A DNA stretch of 63,407 nt, counting the filler, from Reticulomyxa filosa (taxonomy: Eukaryota > Protista > Foraminifera): assembly GCA_000512085.1 (NCBI GenBank). It is 25 parts of 25 records of this genome, joined end to end, with 100 filler letters (N's around TTAATTAATTAA, not from the genome) between each part and the next. Parts side by side here need not be neighbours in the genome. Positions count along the whole stretch, not along the records: positions 25,320 to 26,508 come from ASPP01048659.1; positions 26,609 to 29,950 come from ASPP01025861.1; positions 30,051 to 32,129 come from ASPP01019888.1; positions 32,230 to 33,381 come from ASPP01012503.1; positions 33,482 to 35,392 come from ASPP01021269.1; positions 35,493 to 46,229 come from ASPP01034871.1; 19 more parts are not named here. One strand, written 5' to 3'. The notes beneath the pieces are model-generated. The model saw nothing but the letters and a program-made list of their open reading frames with translations, had not been told where the DNA came from and ran no database searches. The number at the start of each line of letters is the position of its first letter. The first letter of the stretch is position 1. A program made the translations under genes and the position numbers. Positions 25,775 to 37,960 of the stretch are shown here, in pieces.

Positions 25775-27130
25775 GTTGTTAATGTTGAGAAACTATGATG
25801 TAGTTTAGATTTTTTTAAAAGGGGAAGTACATGAAAAAGGTCGTCCTTTCAAAATTTTTTGGAATAAAATGACTTAGAAAAACAAAGGTATGATTTTTAA
25901 TTTAAAAATTGCAATATAAGCTTAGGTTTAAATAAATTACTTTGTTCACACTAATGACTTTGTTTGTAGAAGTTATCAATTTGTTAGAATTCAAAAACAC
26001 AAATAACATTCTAATAAAAATCTGTCGACTGCAAAAAAAATCTCTTTTTGGAGGGAAACATATTTTGCATTACCTTACAGAAGCGAAATGCTATCAATTG
26101 ATCAAGACTATTGCAAATATTCAAAAGTAAAACAGCATGAATTATCAATAACTTGTACGATTTAAATATGGCCTCACCAATAAAATCAATTAAATTAGGA
26201 TTGCTATTTATATTATTAAGCTGTGTTTAATGATTATTCCAATTTTTAAAAAAGAGTTGTTGTAATTGAAAATAATGTTGTATTTTACAATGCTGGAATA
26301 AACAATACGGAAATGTCTACTTATTTAAGGGATTACTGTAATAATATCAAACGTATTTAAAACAATTTGACAAGACATTCATATTTCAACCTTCAAAGTC
26401 AGAAAATGGACAACACTTTTCAATTTCATCAATTACCTGTTTGTGATGATGTTGCATCATTCTATCGTTATGCATATGTATGTGTCAATGATATCATCTT
26501 ATTTTTTGNNNNNNNNNNNNNNNNNNNNNNNNNNNNNNNNNNNNNNNNNNNNTTAATTAATTAANNNNNNNNNNNNNNNNNNNNNNNNNNNNNNNNNNNN
26601 NNNNNNNNGTGGGTGGAACAGATTCTTTTGCTCCCACAATTTTTTACTGTTCTAAATATATGTGCTATATTGTATTTCATTAGAAAATGTAAGTGTTTAA
26701 ACCAACTGCTTTCTGAACTTACATTCATTCGTTCGTGTTGCAAACGCACGTGTTTCTGTTTCAAAGAGGTCGATAAATTTATGGTCTTTAATGATTCCTG
26801 GAGTTTTGTCATTACTGTTGATGATGTTGGTATTCCTTCACCCACCACCAATAGTATCATTCTGGCTTCAAACAACAGTTTTGAAACTTTAACACAAATG
26901 ACCAAATTTATCTAAAATGAAATGTTTTGTTGAAGTTTATTAAACATCTATCAAGACTTTTTTTAAAAAAATTTTCGGCTCTAATATGCTGGCTGACAGT
27001 ATATTACTGCTTACAGATTTCCACAACTGATTAATAATTGATCACATAATTTTTCTTGAGTTTCTCTCTCATCAGCACTTGGTAATTTTTTTTGGCAGTT
27101 TTGTTGAATGTTTTCGAGACAAACGAGTCA

Positions 27131-28011
27131 ATGCACACAAGGAGTGCCTCTTGGTGCACTAACAACAGTGCAACAGTGAGAATGTTGTTTGTTCAGTTTG
27201 ATGATGTAATGAAAATGGAACATCACAAAAAACGACTTGAAGAAATTAAAACCCAAAAACCACTCAAAACTGACAAAGTTCGTGGTAGACAAAATACAAA
27301 AACCGTAAATAAAAAACGCAGCAAAACAACATTAAATAAAATTTATGAAATGTCGCAACAACAAAGAAGGAATATTGCCGACTTTCGCCAACTTCAACAT
27401 ATTCGTTTGCAACCTTCGAAATTCAACTCAGAACTCCAGAAAACGAACTACGTCCGAGACAATTTTTTTCAAACTAAACATAAAATAGATGCTTTCCATA
27501 TGAAAACTAAACAGCAGAAGTTCCAACATGAAGCATATAAACATAAAAAAGCTATGGAAACTATAAAACCTTCGTCAGACCTAAGTTTGAAACAATTGCA
27601 AAAAAGATGGGTAAAACACTCACAATGTAAAAAAGCAAAAATACAATCTTCACAAAGAGTACATAGAACTCCAGAGCAAATCCGAAATTATGTATTTAAA
27701 ATGGACAAAGCAAAAAATCAACTTTTGTCAAAAAAAAAAGTTTGCCTGATATTCATAACAGCAAGGCAAAATCCAACGTAAAAACTGCAGCATCATCTCT
27801 AAAAAACTCTCCAGCAAAGGCTTATCATAATACCCATCCATCTTTTGTGTCCCCGAGGGTCATTTCTCGTCTTACTAATACTGAATGTGCTGCATATACC
27901 GATCATCTAAAGCACCATAATTGTGATCCAACAAAAAACTTTGCAATGTATTTGGAAAACTTTGCTGATCACTATGACAATAGACAAAAACACAAGCACG
28001 GCAATCATTGA
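27131..28011 (+). CDS. Basic coiled-coil protein, possibly CFAP97/Hemingway-like
   Basis: HHKKRLEEIK...IKPSSDLSLKQLQKRW pattern. Two ORFs join across an A10 run at 27730-27739. Confidence 0.4.
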
Positions 28012-28653
28012 TTGCATCGAAATGTGTTTTCATTTGTTATTAATATTGATAAATAAATTTTTATTTTTTGAGTGGTTTTCTTTTGTCCTTCAACAACGGT
28101 GAAGCTTGTACTTTAATCTCAGCTTAAAGTCGATCATCTGACTGAGTCATGGTTTTGTTGTATTTTCAATGCCAACATTTGCTTTCTTGTCAACTCTGAC
28201 GTTCAAAAGCGTATTACAGCAAACAGACTTTCATTTCAGTCGAGTTCAATAATAGGACTCGTTGATAACATAAAAAGAAGAATTGGAACAAAAAATAGGT
28301 TTCTGTTAGCACAATTACAGGGAGCATCAGGTAACTTCATATTACTTTGCGTAAAGCATATTCAGGATCGTTTTTTTTTTTAAAGACCTAACGACAAAAG
28401 TATTAACATAAAGACCACCCACAAAAATAAGTAAGCTTAAACTTAAAAAAAATGACGACCAAGTTTTTTCCCTCTGAATTACAATATCGATCAGGTGAAT
28501 TACGATCAGTAATACGCAAACTGAAACAACTTACACGCGTAAGCGCGTAATAACGAAGTTCATATTGAAAAGGGCAAAAAAAAAAAGACAAAATGAACCA
28601 CAAGTCACACCCCTTTCAAAGAAATGAAAAAAAAAAATAAATAAAAAGAATGT

Positions 28654-29915
28654 TCAAAAGACATCAATTTCACAAATAGTTCGAATTTGAACGTACTCAT
28701 TAGGATGAGTTAAAATCATCGGCAAAACGGTTTTCTGATAGAACTGTTCCTGAGACCGTTTTCCAGTGAATTTTTTTTTAATTTTTTTGTGACTCCAATG
28801 AGAGTGGCCAAAGAGACTTGCATCCAAGGATAGTCCCAAGGGCCTGAAAAAGTCGACCAGTTTGTCTGGCGAATCATTTTCCACATCAAAGACGACAACA
28901 TCTCGATTGAGCCTGTCAGTGCCAAAGTAGTGTAAAATAGAGCAAATATATTGATACCACTGCCAATACCATTGAAAGTGGACCATCTGCATAGCCATCA
29001 TCGAAGAGTTGGCCATCTTCTGAAACTTGCATATGCCGAGCTGGGACAGCAAATACTTGTGTTCAAAGGCATCCGACTTGCTCATTATCCAATGTTTGAC
29101 CGATCGTATATTCAAAACGTATTTCATTTCATACGTATACGTCCTATCCAAGACAGGGAACCAATACCGCGGTCTTTGCGGTGTTTCGCCAAGACATGAG
29201 GCTTTGCTCGAGCTTTTCGGTAGGACTTTGTATAAGGGCAACACACGACCAACATTGGAGATTACCTTCAGCCAATACGTTTTGTTCATGCCCTGAAGGA
29301 GAGTTTTTCGAAGCAAAAACAAGCGTGAGTTCTTCAGCGGTAAGTGTTTGTGTTTCAGGATTCGGGCAAAATTCAAGCAATGAAATGCGCAAGGGAAGCG
29401 AACCAATGGTGAAACGTCTGTGAAAAATACAATTGGCTGCAACCCTTCAATATGTTGACTGGCATCGACATGACGGCATTGCTCGAGTATTGCTCATTTG
29501 CTTTGTCCCACTCAAACTGCATAATGGAATGAGCGGCGATCGATCTTTTGGAATACGCACGACGCACGGTTATCTTGCGGTATTTCCTTGGATACAACTG
29601 TTTCAGCAGCTGACCACTCCGCGATCGTGATGACCTGTTATGCGCAATAAAGTCCATCACTAGCGGCGTTATGTTGTAACGCAGATGCGCAAACTTACTC
29701 ACACAAGTCGTCGTTCCATGTAGTGCTGGCACGCCATTGTCCGAAAAAAAGTTGTACAATGTGGTGGTCCCTACCCGGTTGCTCACCAGCGCGAATATTC
29801 GAAAAGTAAAGTTCCCCGGTAATGGTAATATCGATGCGTTTTCTTCTTCTTCTTCTTCTTCTCCATTGTCATCTCCATCACTATTGCTATCATTTGTATA
29901 GTCACTGTTGTCATC

Positions 29916-29950
<35 letters not shown>
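28654..29950 (-). CDS. Sulfotransferase-like P-loop protein (Sulfotransfer_4-like) with one frame break near 29493
   Basis: IFALVSNRVGTTTLYNFF..G..ALH, FFTD, WFPVLDRTY..KYVLNIRSV.HWIMS and FDVENDSPDKLVDFF. Confidence 0.7.
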
Positions 29951-30050
29951 NNNNNNNNNNNNNNNNNNNNNNNNNNNNNNNNNNNNNNNNNNNNTTAATT
30001 AATTAANNNNNNNNNNNNNNNNNNNNNNNNNNNNNNNNNNNNNNNNNNNN

Positions 30051-31160
30051 TGTTCTGCTGCCAAAATGGAGGCCAAATCGAATTCATCATCATCATCGTC
30101 ATCCTCTTCTTCTTCTTCTTCTTTTCCACACGAACCAACTTCAACTATGGCCACAGCACCGACAACAACGACTACTACTGCAGCTGCCGCAACTACAGCA
30201 GCACCAACAACAACAACAACCACTGCTTCGACTACTGCGACTACGGCCGTAACTGTGGATACAAGTACAAACGCAAATGGCAATGAAAATGAAAATGAAA
30301 ATGAAAATGCAACTTGTATTGAAGAGCTTGGTGCGACTCATTCGAATAGCGAACACTTTAAAATCCGCGATCGCGTGTACCGTGGCGTGTTTTGCACGTC
30401 GAGACAACCGCCAGCACGCTGGAAGGCCCGCATGCATTCGAATGGCAATACGTATTACGGAGACCACATTTACGAAGACAAGGACCAATGGATGGCCGCT
30501 TTGGAATATGATTTCTTGCAATTGAAGGAAAAAAAAAAGTTTTTGCAGGCCTTTGCCGAGGCCCATGCGCAAGGACTCACAAATGTAAGTGTAAATGTAA
30601 ATGCAAATACAAATACAAATATAAATGCAAATGTGGAGACATCTGCTGTGCAACCTTCTCGTGGTCTGTCCATGCATTTAAACTTTCCTTTTGGCTTGCC
30701 TAGTCATTTGCTTCGTGTCGTTGAAAAATGCCAAAAAAAAACGCGAGATTGCTGCCACCATCATTAATAACAACAGCAATAACAATGATGACGACCATGA
30801 CGACCATGACCACGATCATGGATATGATAACAATAACTGTGCTCCTGAACATATTGTGCGTATCTATGATGAATATGTCGTATTGCTTCGAATGGTTTGT
30901 GGCATTGATGTCGGTCAAATCAAATGCAATCGTTGTTACCAATTCCATCATGTTGGTTCAAACAATTACAAACGCAAAACAATACCAAAAAATAATAATA
31001 ATAATAAAAATAAAATTAATGTTGACACTCTTCTTATTATTTTTATAATTTTGTTGTTGTTGTTGTTGTTATGTAATAGCCACTCCATCCTTGTCAACCC
31101 ACAATCGACAAGACAAACCATCCTCGGTGCGCGTGTTTGGATCATCTCTTTTCATTGAGT
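30051..31160 (+). CDS. AP2/ERF DNA-binding-domain protein fragment
   Basis: YRGV..RWKARM...AALEYD...LNFP. Frame break at A9 30733-30741 and intron 30952-31079. Confidence 0.7.
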
Positions 31161-32469
31161 TTTTCATTTCTTTTATTTTTGTTTTTTTTTATCGTTGTCA
31201 TTATTGTTGTGTTTAATCTCCTATTGGAAGACTGAGAATCAACCAATGAAAGTAAACGCTTGATGTTTTATTTCAAGGACTCTCTTACCTTTATCAAAAA
31301 TACATACATATACGCACACACCTCAAAAAAAAAAAAAGGGAGAATCCTGGCTATTTGTTGAACATAACACAAGAGAAACATTTATTACAAAAATCAATGT
31401 TTTTGGGACAACCCATTGTGCATGTCCTCAATGTCGGTATCAATACCAGCGCTGATATGAACAATTCCAATGCTGTCTATAATGCTAGTCATTGCACTAA
31501 TGATACTAATATCAATAACAACGGTAATGCCAATGACAACGATGACAATAATTCAATCTGCTGTTGATGGCGTTTAATTGTTAGACATAAATTATGCAAT
31601 GTTTCATTTTGTTTGCAATTTTTGTTTAGATTTTTTTTTTTAGACACGGTGCAACAAAGCACAATACACAAATATTTGCTTTGCTTTTGCACATTTTGAT
31701 TGTGTTTTTTTTTTTTATTTTATCTTTTTTTTGTCACTTAAAGTTGTTGTGCTCAGACAGTTTGAAATCAAAACATTGATTGGTGTCACAACCTTAGCTT
31801 TTTTTTTGCTCGACTTAAGGATTTGGTTTAAGATTCCAGTTATTGGTATAAAATTTTAACAACCGAATTTTAAGTAGATCAAACCTTTCCTTCGTATTTT
31901 TGCACTTACTCTGTTCGCATTTTTGTGACAACAGATTGGCCATAATTTGTTGACAACATCGGCTTCCTTTGTGCAGACAAATTAAAATTTGCTGTCAATT
32001 GTAGCCTCAAGGTTTAGAAAAAGAATTGTTATTCTTTTTTTTCTATGACCAGCCAGTTCGAGTAAAAAAAGATCATTCCAACTAATACAAAATTCTATTA
32101 TGTTTTTAGCAGTTTGTCAAAATTGTTGCNNNNNNNNNNNNNNNNNNNNNNNNNNNNNNNNNNNNNNNNNNNNTTAATTAATTAANNNNNNNNNNNNNNN
32201 NNNNNNNNNNNNNNNNNNNNNNNNNNNNNCCAGAATTCTATGCCAGTTAGTATTTTATTGTTATTAGTTATTGCTATTAGTTATTGTTATTATGCTATTG
32301 TTATTATGTTATTGTTATTATGATTATATTGTTAAGTTATTTTTTTATTTATATGTATGAATTGAGGCACAAGTTGTAGTAATTGATATTAGCAGTATAA
32401 GTCAAGTTCTATATACACTTTATATGTTTGTTTTTTTAAAAAAAATAAATAAAAAGATTTTCATTCGAA

Positions 32470-33381
32470 TTGAATGACAAAAAGGAATTGAAGTGAAAAT
32501 AGATGCATTTGCGGAATCGTTGAAGGACAATGACGAAACTAAGAAGACGTTTGAGGTGCCAGTCATTTCGTCATCTCCAGGTTTTTATTTTTTATTTTTC
32601 TCTACATAAGCTATATCACGAGCAAAACTGTGCTTTTGTATTATTTCAGCGAATAAATTATAAAAAAATGATTGAACGAAGAGACAGTGTAGTTGCTGGA
32701 CAAGTAAGAGACGAGCTAAGTTTGCGATTGATAAAAAATGAATGGCACCCAATAAATGTGAAGTTGGTGCCACACATTCCACCGTTTGGTTTTTATTTTG
32801 TAAAATCGTAACAAACAATTGCATACTTTTTTTTTTTTTTTTTGTTGGATTTGGACAGACGAAAAATGCAAACAATCTTACTTTCGGGAAGTGCAAAGCA
32901 AGCACTGGAAGCTTTTAATGCTGCGAAGAATTCGGGCAGTTACATGTTTTTTTAGTGCATTTTTTAAAATGTACAAATTATTTTTGTTTCCCTTCTCTTT
33001 ATAGTATTTGAATGGCTTATAAGAGGTCCGGCTGACGTATCCAATTGTGTGAAGAAAGTGATTGAGACATGCATACGAACCCGGTGTGGTGTTCCATTAG
33101 AGGTCGTACAGATGTTTGAAAAAGAGTCATTCAAACAAGCTTCAGGAATGCAAAAGTGTTGGGAAATTGTGCAAAAATTTCAAGAGCTTACCGAAGACGC
33201 AGACACTAGCACCCTACTGAAAGAGTGTCAAGAAGTTGTGAACAAAGGCGACAACAGGAGTAAACCAAGGACAAGAAATCTGCGCATTTATGTCTGTGAA
33301 TCAGAAACAAATCTACCATCCATTTCATTAAAAGAAGATGAAGATGCGAGTATGTATTTGCTCGTTTTTTTTTTTTTTTAA
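32470..33381 (+). CDS. Lineage-specific family protein fragment (OB/cold-shock-like segment), paralogue of 35540-37285
   Basis: LRLIKNEWHPINVKLVPH and VKKVIETCIRTRCGVP align by eye with the 35540-37285 gene. Confidence 0.6.
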
Positions 33382-33561
33382 NNNNNNNNNNNNNNNNNNN
33401 NNNNNNNNNNNNNNNNNNNNNNNNNTTAATTAATTAANNNNNNNNNNNNNNNNNNNNNNNNNNNNNNNNNNNNNNNNNNNNAAAAAAAAAAAAAAAAAAA
33501 TTATATGTGTACATATATGTTGGATTATACCTTTTTTTATTTTTTAATAAATTAAAACAAA

Positions 33562-34278
33562 ATGACAAGGATTACATTCATCGTGTCGGACGAACAGCCC
33601 GAGCAGGGAAAAAAGGCTCTGCTGTCAATATTGTCACGCAATATGATGTGGAAATATTCCAAAGAATTGAACAATGTATGCCAAAGAATTGAGGAAATAA
33701 GTGAAAGAGGGAACACAAAAAAATGGGAGGGTCTTTTTCTTGTTGGAGTTGCATATTTGATATTGTGGTTTTACAAATAGTGGTGGGAGTGCGAATGGAC
33801 AAATATCCTATCAATGCCGAAAAAGCAATGGCTAATGTAGAACGTGTCATGCAAGCCTCGAGAGAAGCAACTACAGTTTCTTTTTATATATATATAATGT
33901 ACTATGCTTTTTTTTCTCTCTCCCCCCCCTCCTACTCCTCTTTGATTTACAACGTGGTGGCATGCACACACGCAACAATATAAATAGCAATTGAAAGAAC
34001 ATCAAGAAGAGATTGAAAACAAAATTCAAGAACTGTCAAAACGTGGTATTCCTGGGGCAGATCACGAAACATCGAAAAAAAATCAGAATGCGGAAGACAA
34101 TGGTGATAATGATGGTCCAAAAGGTATTGCGCAGAAATGGAAGAACAGACAAACACTCGAACATTCGAGAGATAGAGGTGCCAATTTCGGAGGTAGAGGC
34201 AAAAGTGGAGGCCGAGGTAGAGGTAGAGGACGAGGAGGGGGAAGAGGAAGGGGAAAGGAAGGGGAAGATAAACAATGA
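33562..34278 (+). CDS. DDX47: DEAD-box RNA helicase DDX47/Rrp3, 3' exons with RG-rich tail
   Basis: [36 protein letters not shown]. Confidence 0.85.
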
Positions 34279-34582
34279 GGTAATATCGGAGCAAGCAAAA
34301 TAATTGATCGCAATGATCTCTGCCACTTTTTCATCATTCAAATGTTGTTGTATTGCCAATATTTGTGACTTAAATGGTTTATTATTCATTTAAAACAAAT
34401 CCAGTATTCATAGACAAATATTACACAAATCCTTTCTTCTGTTTATTTAGCACTAAGCTCTTTTGCTGCAACCAACAGTTTCAAGCTTTCTATCTTCACA
34501 TCAAAAAGCGTGTGCTCTTTAAAAAAACTAAGAACGTTTTTTTGTCATATGACAAGCGCATTTCTGGCATTTTCTTGATTAT

Positions 34583-35351
34583 ATGTCAGCAATGAATGAT
34601 TATGAAGGGCATTTAGGTCCTCTAGAAGTAGAATTATCGCGATTGAGAAAAAAAGTAGAAAAAGACCAAAAGCAAGTGTTATGGTACTGGGGTTTGTCGC
34701 TCGGGGTGTGACAACCGATTTCCGAAAGAGCTGACATCGATGATATTGGGCGAATTTTTAGATTATAATATCTTGCATCGTATGTTCTTCGAGGCCAACA
34801 CGCTTAAGAGTAGATCAGCCGTTGCAGTGTATTATGACGAAAAAAGCCCAGAGCTGTTGGATGCAGGCAAAGAGCATAAATTCTATTTCGATGGGATATT
34901 CGATCGAAATGGGAAGTTAATACGCTTTGAAGTAAGCCAAGCGGCAAAAAAGGAGATATGGAAAGATTTATCGTTGCAAAAATGTACGTTTATATACTTT
35001 TCTTGGAGATTGCGCATCCTAGAGCATGGGCACGAAATATTGATGGATCGCATCCAAAACCTGCCACATCAGTACCGTGTTGCAGTAATTTGGAGAAGTG
35101 GACCGGTTACGTATACATATGGTACAGAAGAAGAAGCAACTGCTCACTTTAACAATATTCCTCATTATCAAACTGCGATCATGATGCATAATGATAAGAC
35201 TACGAACATACGAAGTAATGAAGCCATGTGTTGGTCCATTTGTGCCGGACATATTTTATTGGAGATAATCGATAATTTTTACTCCGAGGAATTGTACAAA
35301 GGAAAAAACAGCAACAACTATTCTTTGTCAACGATAATGCGAATTGCTTGA
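34583..35351 (+). CDS. Hypothetical protein with a frame break at G4 near 34703
   Basis: Two ORFs fuse if one G is removed (LG-CDNRFPKELTSMIL). Confidence 0.55.
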
Positions 35352-35539
35352 TTCCTTTTTTTTTTGTTTCCTTTTGAGATTTTTTTTTTGAGNNNNNNNN
35401 NNNNNNNNNNNNNNNNNNNNNNNNNNNNNNNNNNNNTTAATTAATTAANNNNNNNNNNNNNNNNNNNNNNNNNNNNNNNNNNNNNNNNNNNNTTTTTTTT
35501 TTAAATTTAATAAACGTTATAATTTTCTGTTTTTTTAAA

Positions 35540-37285
35540 TTAGAAAAACAAAAAAAGATTTGTTGTAGAACAAACTGGTATCAAATTAATAGTAGACTTC
35601 TCCAATTTTCTTTTGATCCCTTCCAACATGTTGCAAAACAATTCTGGTAATGCCTTTTTGATCACCGAACTCAGATTATTTTTTGCTTCAAGTGCAAATT
35701 CCAAAGATGGCCAATCTGTGATATTATCTATCAAATGGTTAAACACGGTAGTCTCAAATGCAATTGGCACTTTTTCTCTTAGCGATCGGAATAAATATAT
35801 TTTACAATTGTCATCTACATTGTTCCATGCGTTGTTGAATTGAAATGAAATTGGACTATCTTGCTCCACTTGAAACTCGCCAACGAAAATGTTATCACCA
35901 ATCTTTTGTAAGCGACACTCTAAATCATGATTTATGTGTTGAAAAATATCCATTGAAAAAGAAATAAGAAATGGAGTGATATTTCATTTTTTTTTTATAA
36001 AAAAAAAAAAAGCTGACTTTGTTGATCATGTGAAAATGAAATAACAGGTTGATCAGTTTGTGTCACGAAAGCATAAATTCGAAAAGGTCGTTTTTGTTTT
36101 GTGATGCTGTCTGACTTTTCATCACTGTTCAGAGATTGGTCAGACCGATGATTACAATAGATAGTAATTTGTGTGCATTCTTTCAACAAAGAATTTGTGT
36201 TCGTATTTTCGATGAATTCTTGAAATGTTTGCACAATGTTCTGTAATTGAGACACTTGCGTTTCATGTTTTTGTTTGAGAGATGCTTCTTGCAATCTGTT
36301 CAAAATTTCTTGTGGTATTCCACATCTACACTTTAAACACTCCTCCACGACTTCTTTGACAGCACTAAAATCACAACGATCTCCAGGAGTCCCTTACAAA
36401 TTGTCACACAAACATATAAAAACATACACTTTTTCAAATTTTTTGTTGTTTTTTTTTTTTATTTTATTTTAAAAAAGAAAAAAAGAACTTTTGCAATCGT
36501 CAATGCATTCATTCCATTGCTCTATCTTCCACATCGCACTGCCCGAATGTGGAATTATTTCCATCTTTCGACTGCACTCAATTCGACATTTAAAAAATAA
36601 AAAAAATAGCAACATTAATATCTACATCATTTTTGTTTTGTTTTTTAAAAAAACAAAACAGTGGATTGTGTGGCATTATTCTTATAGCTTTGGGATGCCA
36701 TTCATCATTTGCAAATTGCAACCGAAATTTCACGGTGTCTCCTTTTCTTGGATGTATCTTCTTTTTTGAATTTTCTCCTGCTTTCCATAATATCACCTAT
36801 TATTAAATAATCACCAATATGTTGCTCTTTAAACTGACGCATAAAAAAAACGACTCCAAAATTATAAGTTATGTAAATATATACTTTTTCACGCTTTTCA
36901 TTTGGATAAGCAGAAAGAGGGATCACTTCTACTGTTGATTCCCTGTTTGATACATTCACGCTTCCAGAATATAATTTTGGAGGTTTCATTTTTTTTACTG
37001 TTACTGTATTGTTTTGATCTATTGAATATGTGCATTCCATTTCATCACCAGTCTCACAATCCAAATCTTCCCATTCCTCATCATTTTTATCAAGTTCAAA
37101 TTTTGCACCGCACTATTTAAATGTAGGTTGTTTTTATTGTTTTCATTGGAGGGGATAAAAAGGATCTGTTTAATGGTACTGTCTCTTTGGACCTTCAAAA
37201 ATGCCTTTACGGTGGAAGATCCCGTCGTAATCAACACAATTTCTTTCTTTTTCATGGCATCCTTCTCATTTTTTTCATCTTCCAT
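35540..37285 (-). CDS. Multi-exon lineage-specific family protein, 5' part
   Basis: Chain of exon ORFs separated by GT-AG introns, containing KGDTVKFRLQFANDEWHPKAI and VEECLKCRCGIP. Confidence 0.65.
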
Positions 37286-37960
37286 GTTCCTTCGCCTCTC
37301 TTGAAGGTTATTTCTTGCTTGAGAGTTAGTTTTTAGTTCTTTGTTTGGTAGATCTTAATCAACTTAAACAATGAATGGAATGCAAAGTAATTGAATACTA
37401 TTGATTTTTTCCAATAAAAAACATTTTCTGTTTAAAGTTTAAATAATTTCTATTTATGTGGTGAGAAATTTATTTTTTGTTCCATAATTTAAGTAAATAC
37501 AGTCTGATGTTTTTAAGAACTTGAGCTTGGAAGATTTGAAAAAATAATAAGAGTTATTACTCAAAGAGATTAGCAATAATCAAACATGCCCACAATAAAT
37601 GTTCGTCACAATTGCAAACTTCAGAATTCGATCAAGTAACTGTCTGGCAATAATTGTTACTTTTGCTTTTTCTGTTTCTTTTATTTTTTTAAGCTAAAAC
37701 AATAGTATGCAAAAAAAATTGCTCATCCACTATATTTTGTTATTTATTAAAAGCTCAAGATTTAAAAAATCTTATAGTGCATTGCGGAATGCGGTCGTGT
37801 TTTTGATACTAATCACGAACAAGGATTTGATGAACGACCTATAATTTGAAATTTATGGCCACTTGCATTGTCGATTTTCAGTTGAAAAAAGTTAAACAGA
37901 ATTAGTAGAAGTTAAAAAAGGAGTGAATAATTTGTGAAAAAAAAAAAATTGGTGAAGAAA

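Noticed and set aside
27730-27739. Programmed ribosomal frameshifting
   Set aside because: The breaks go in both directions with no shared slippery or stop motif; homopolymer error is simpler.
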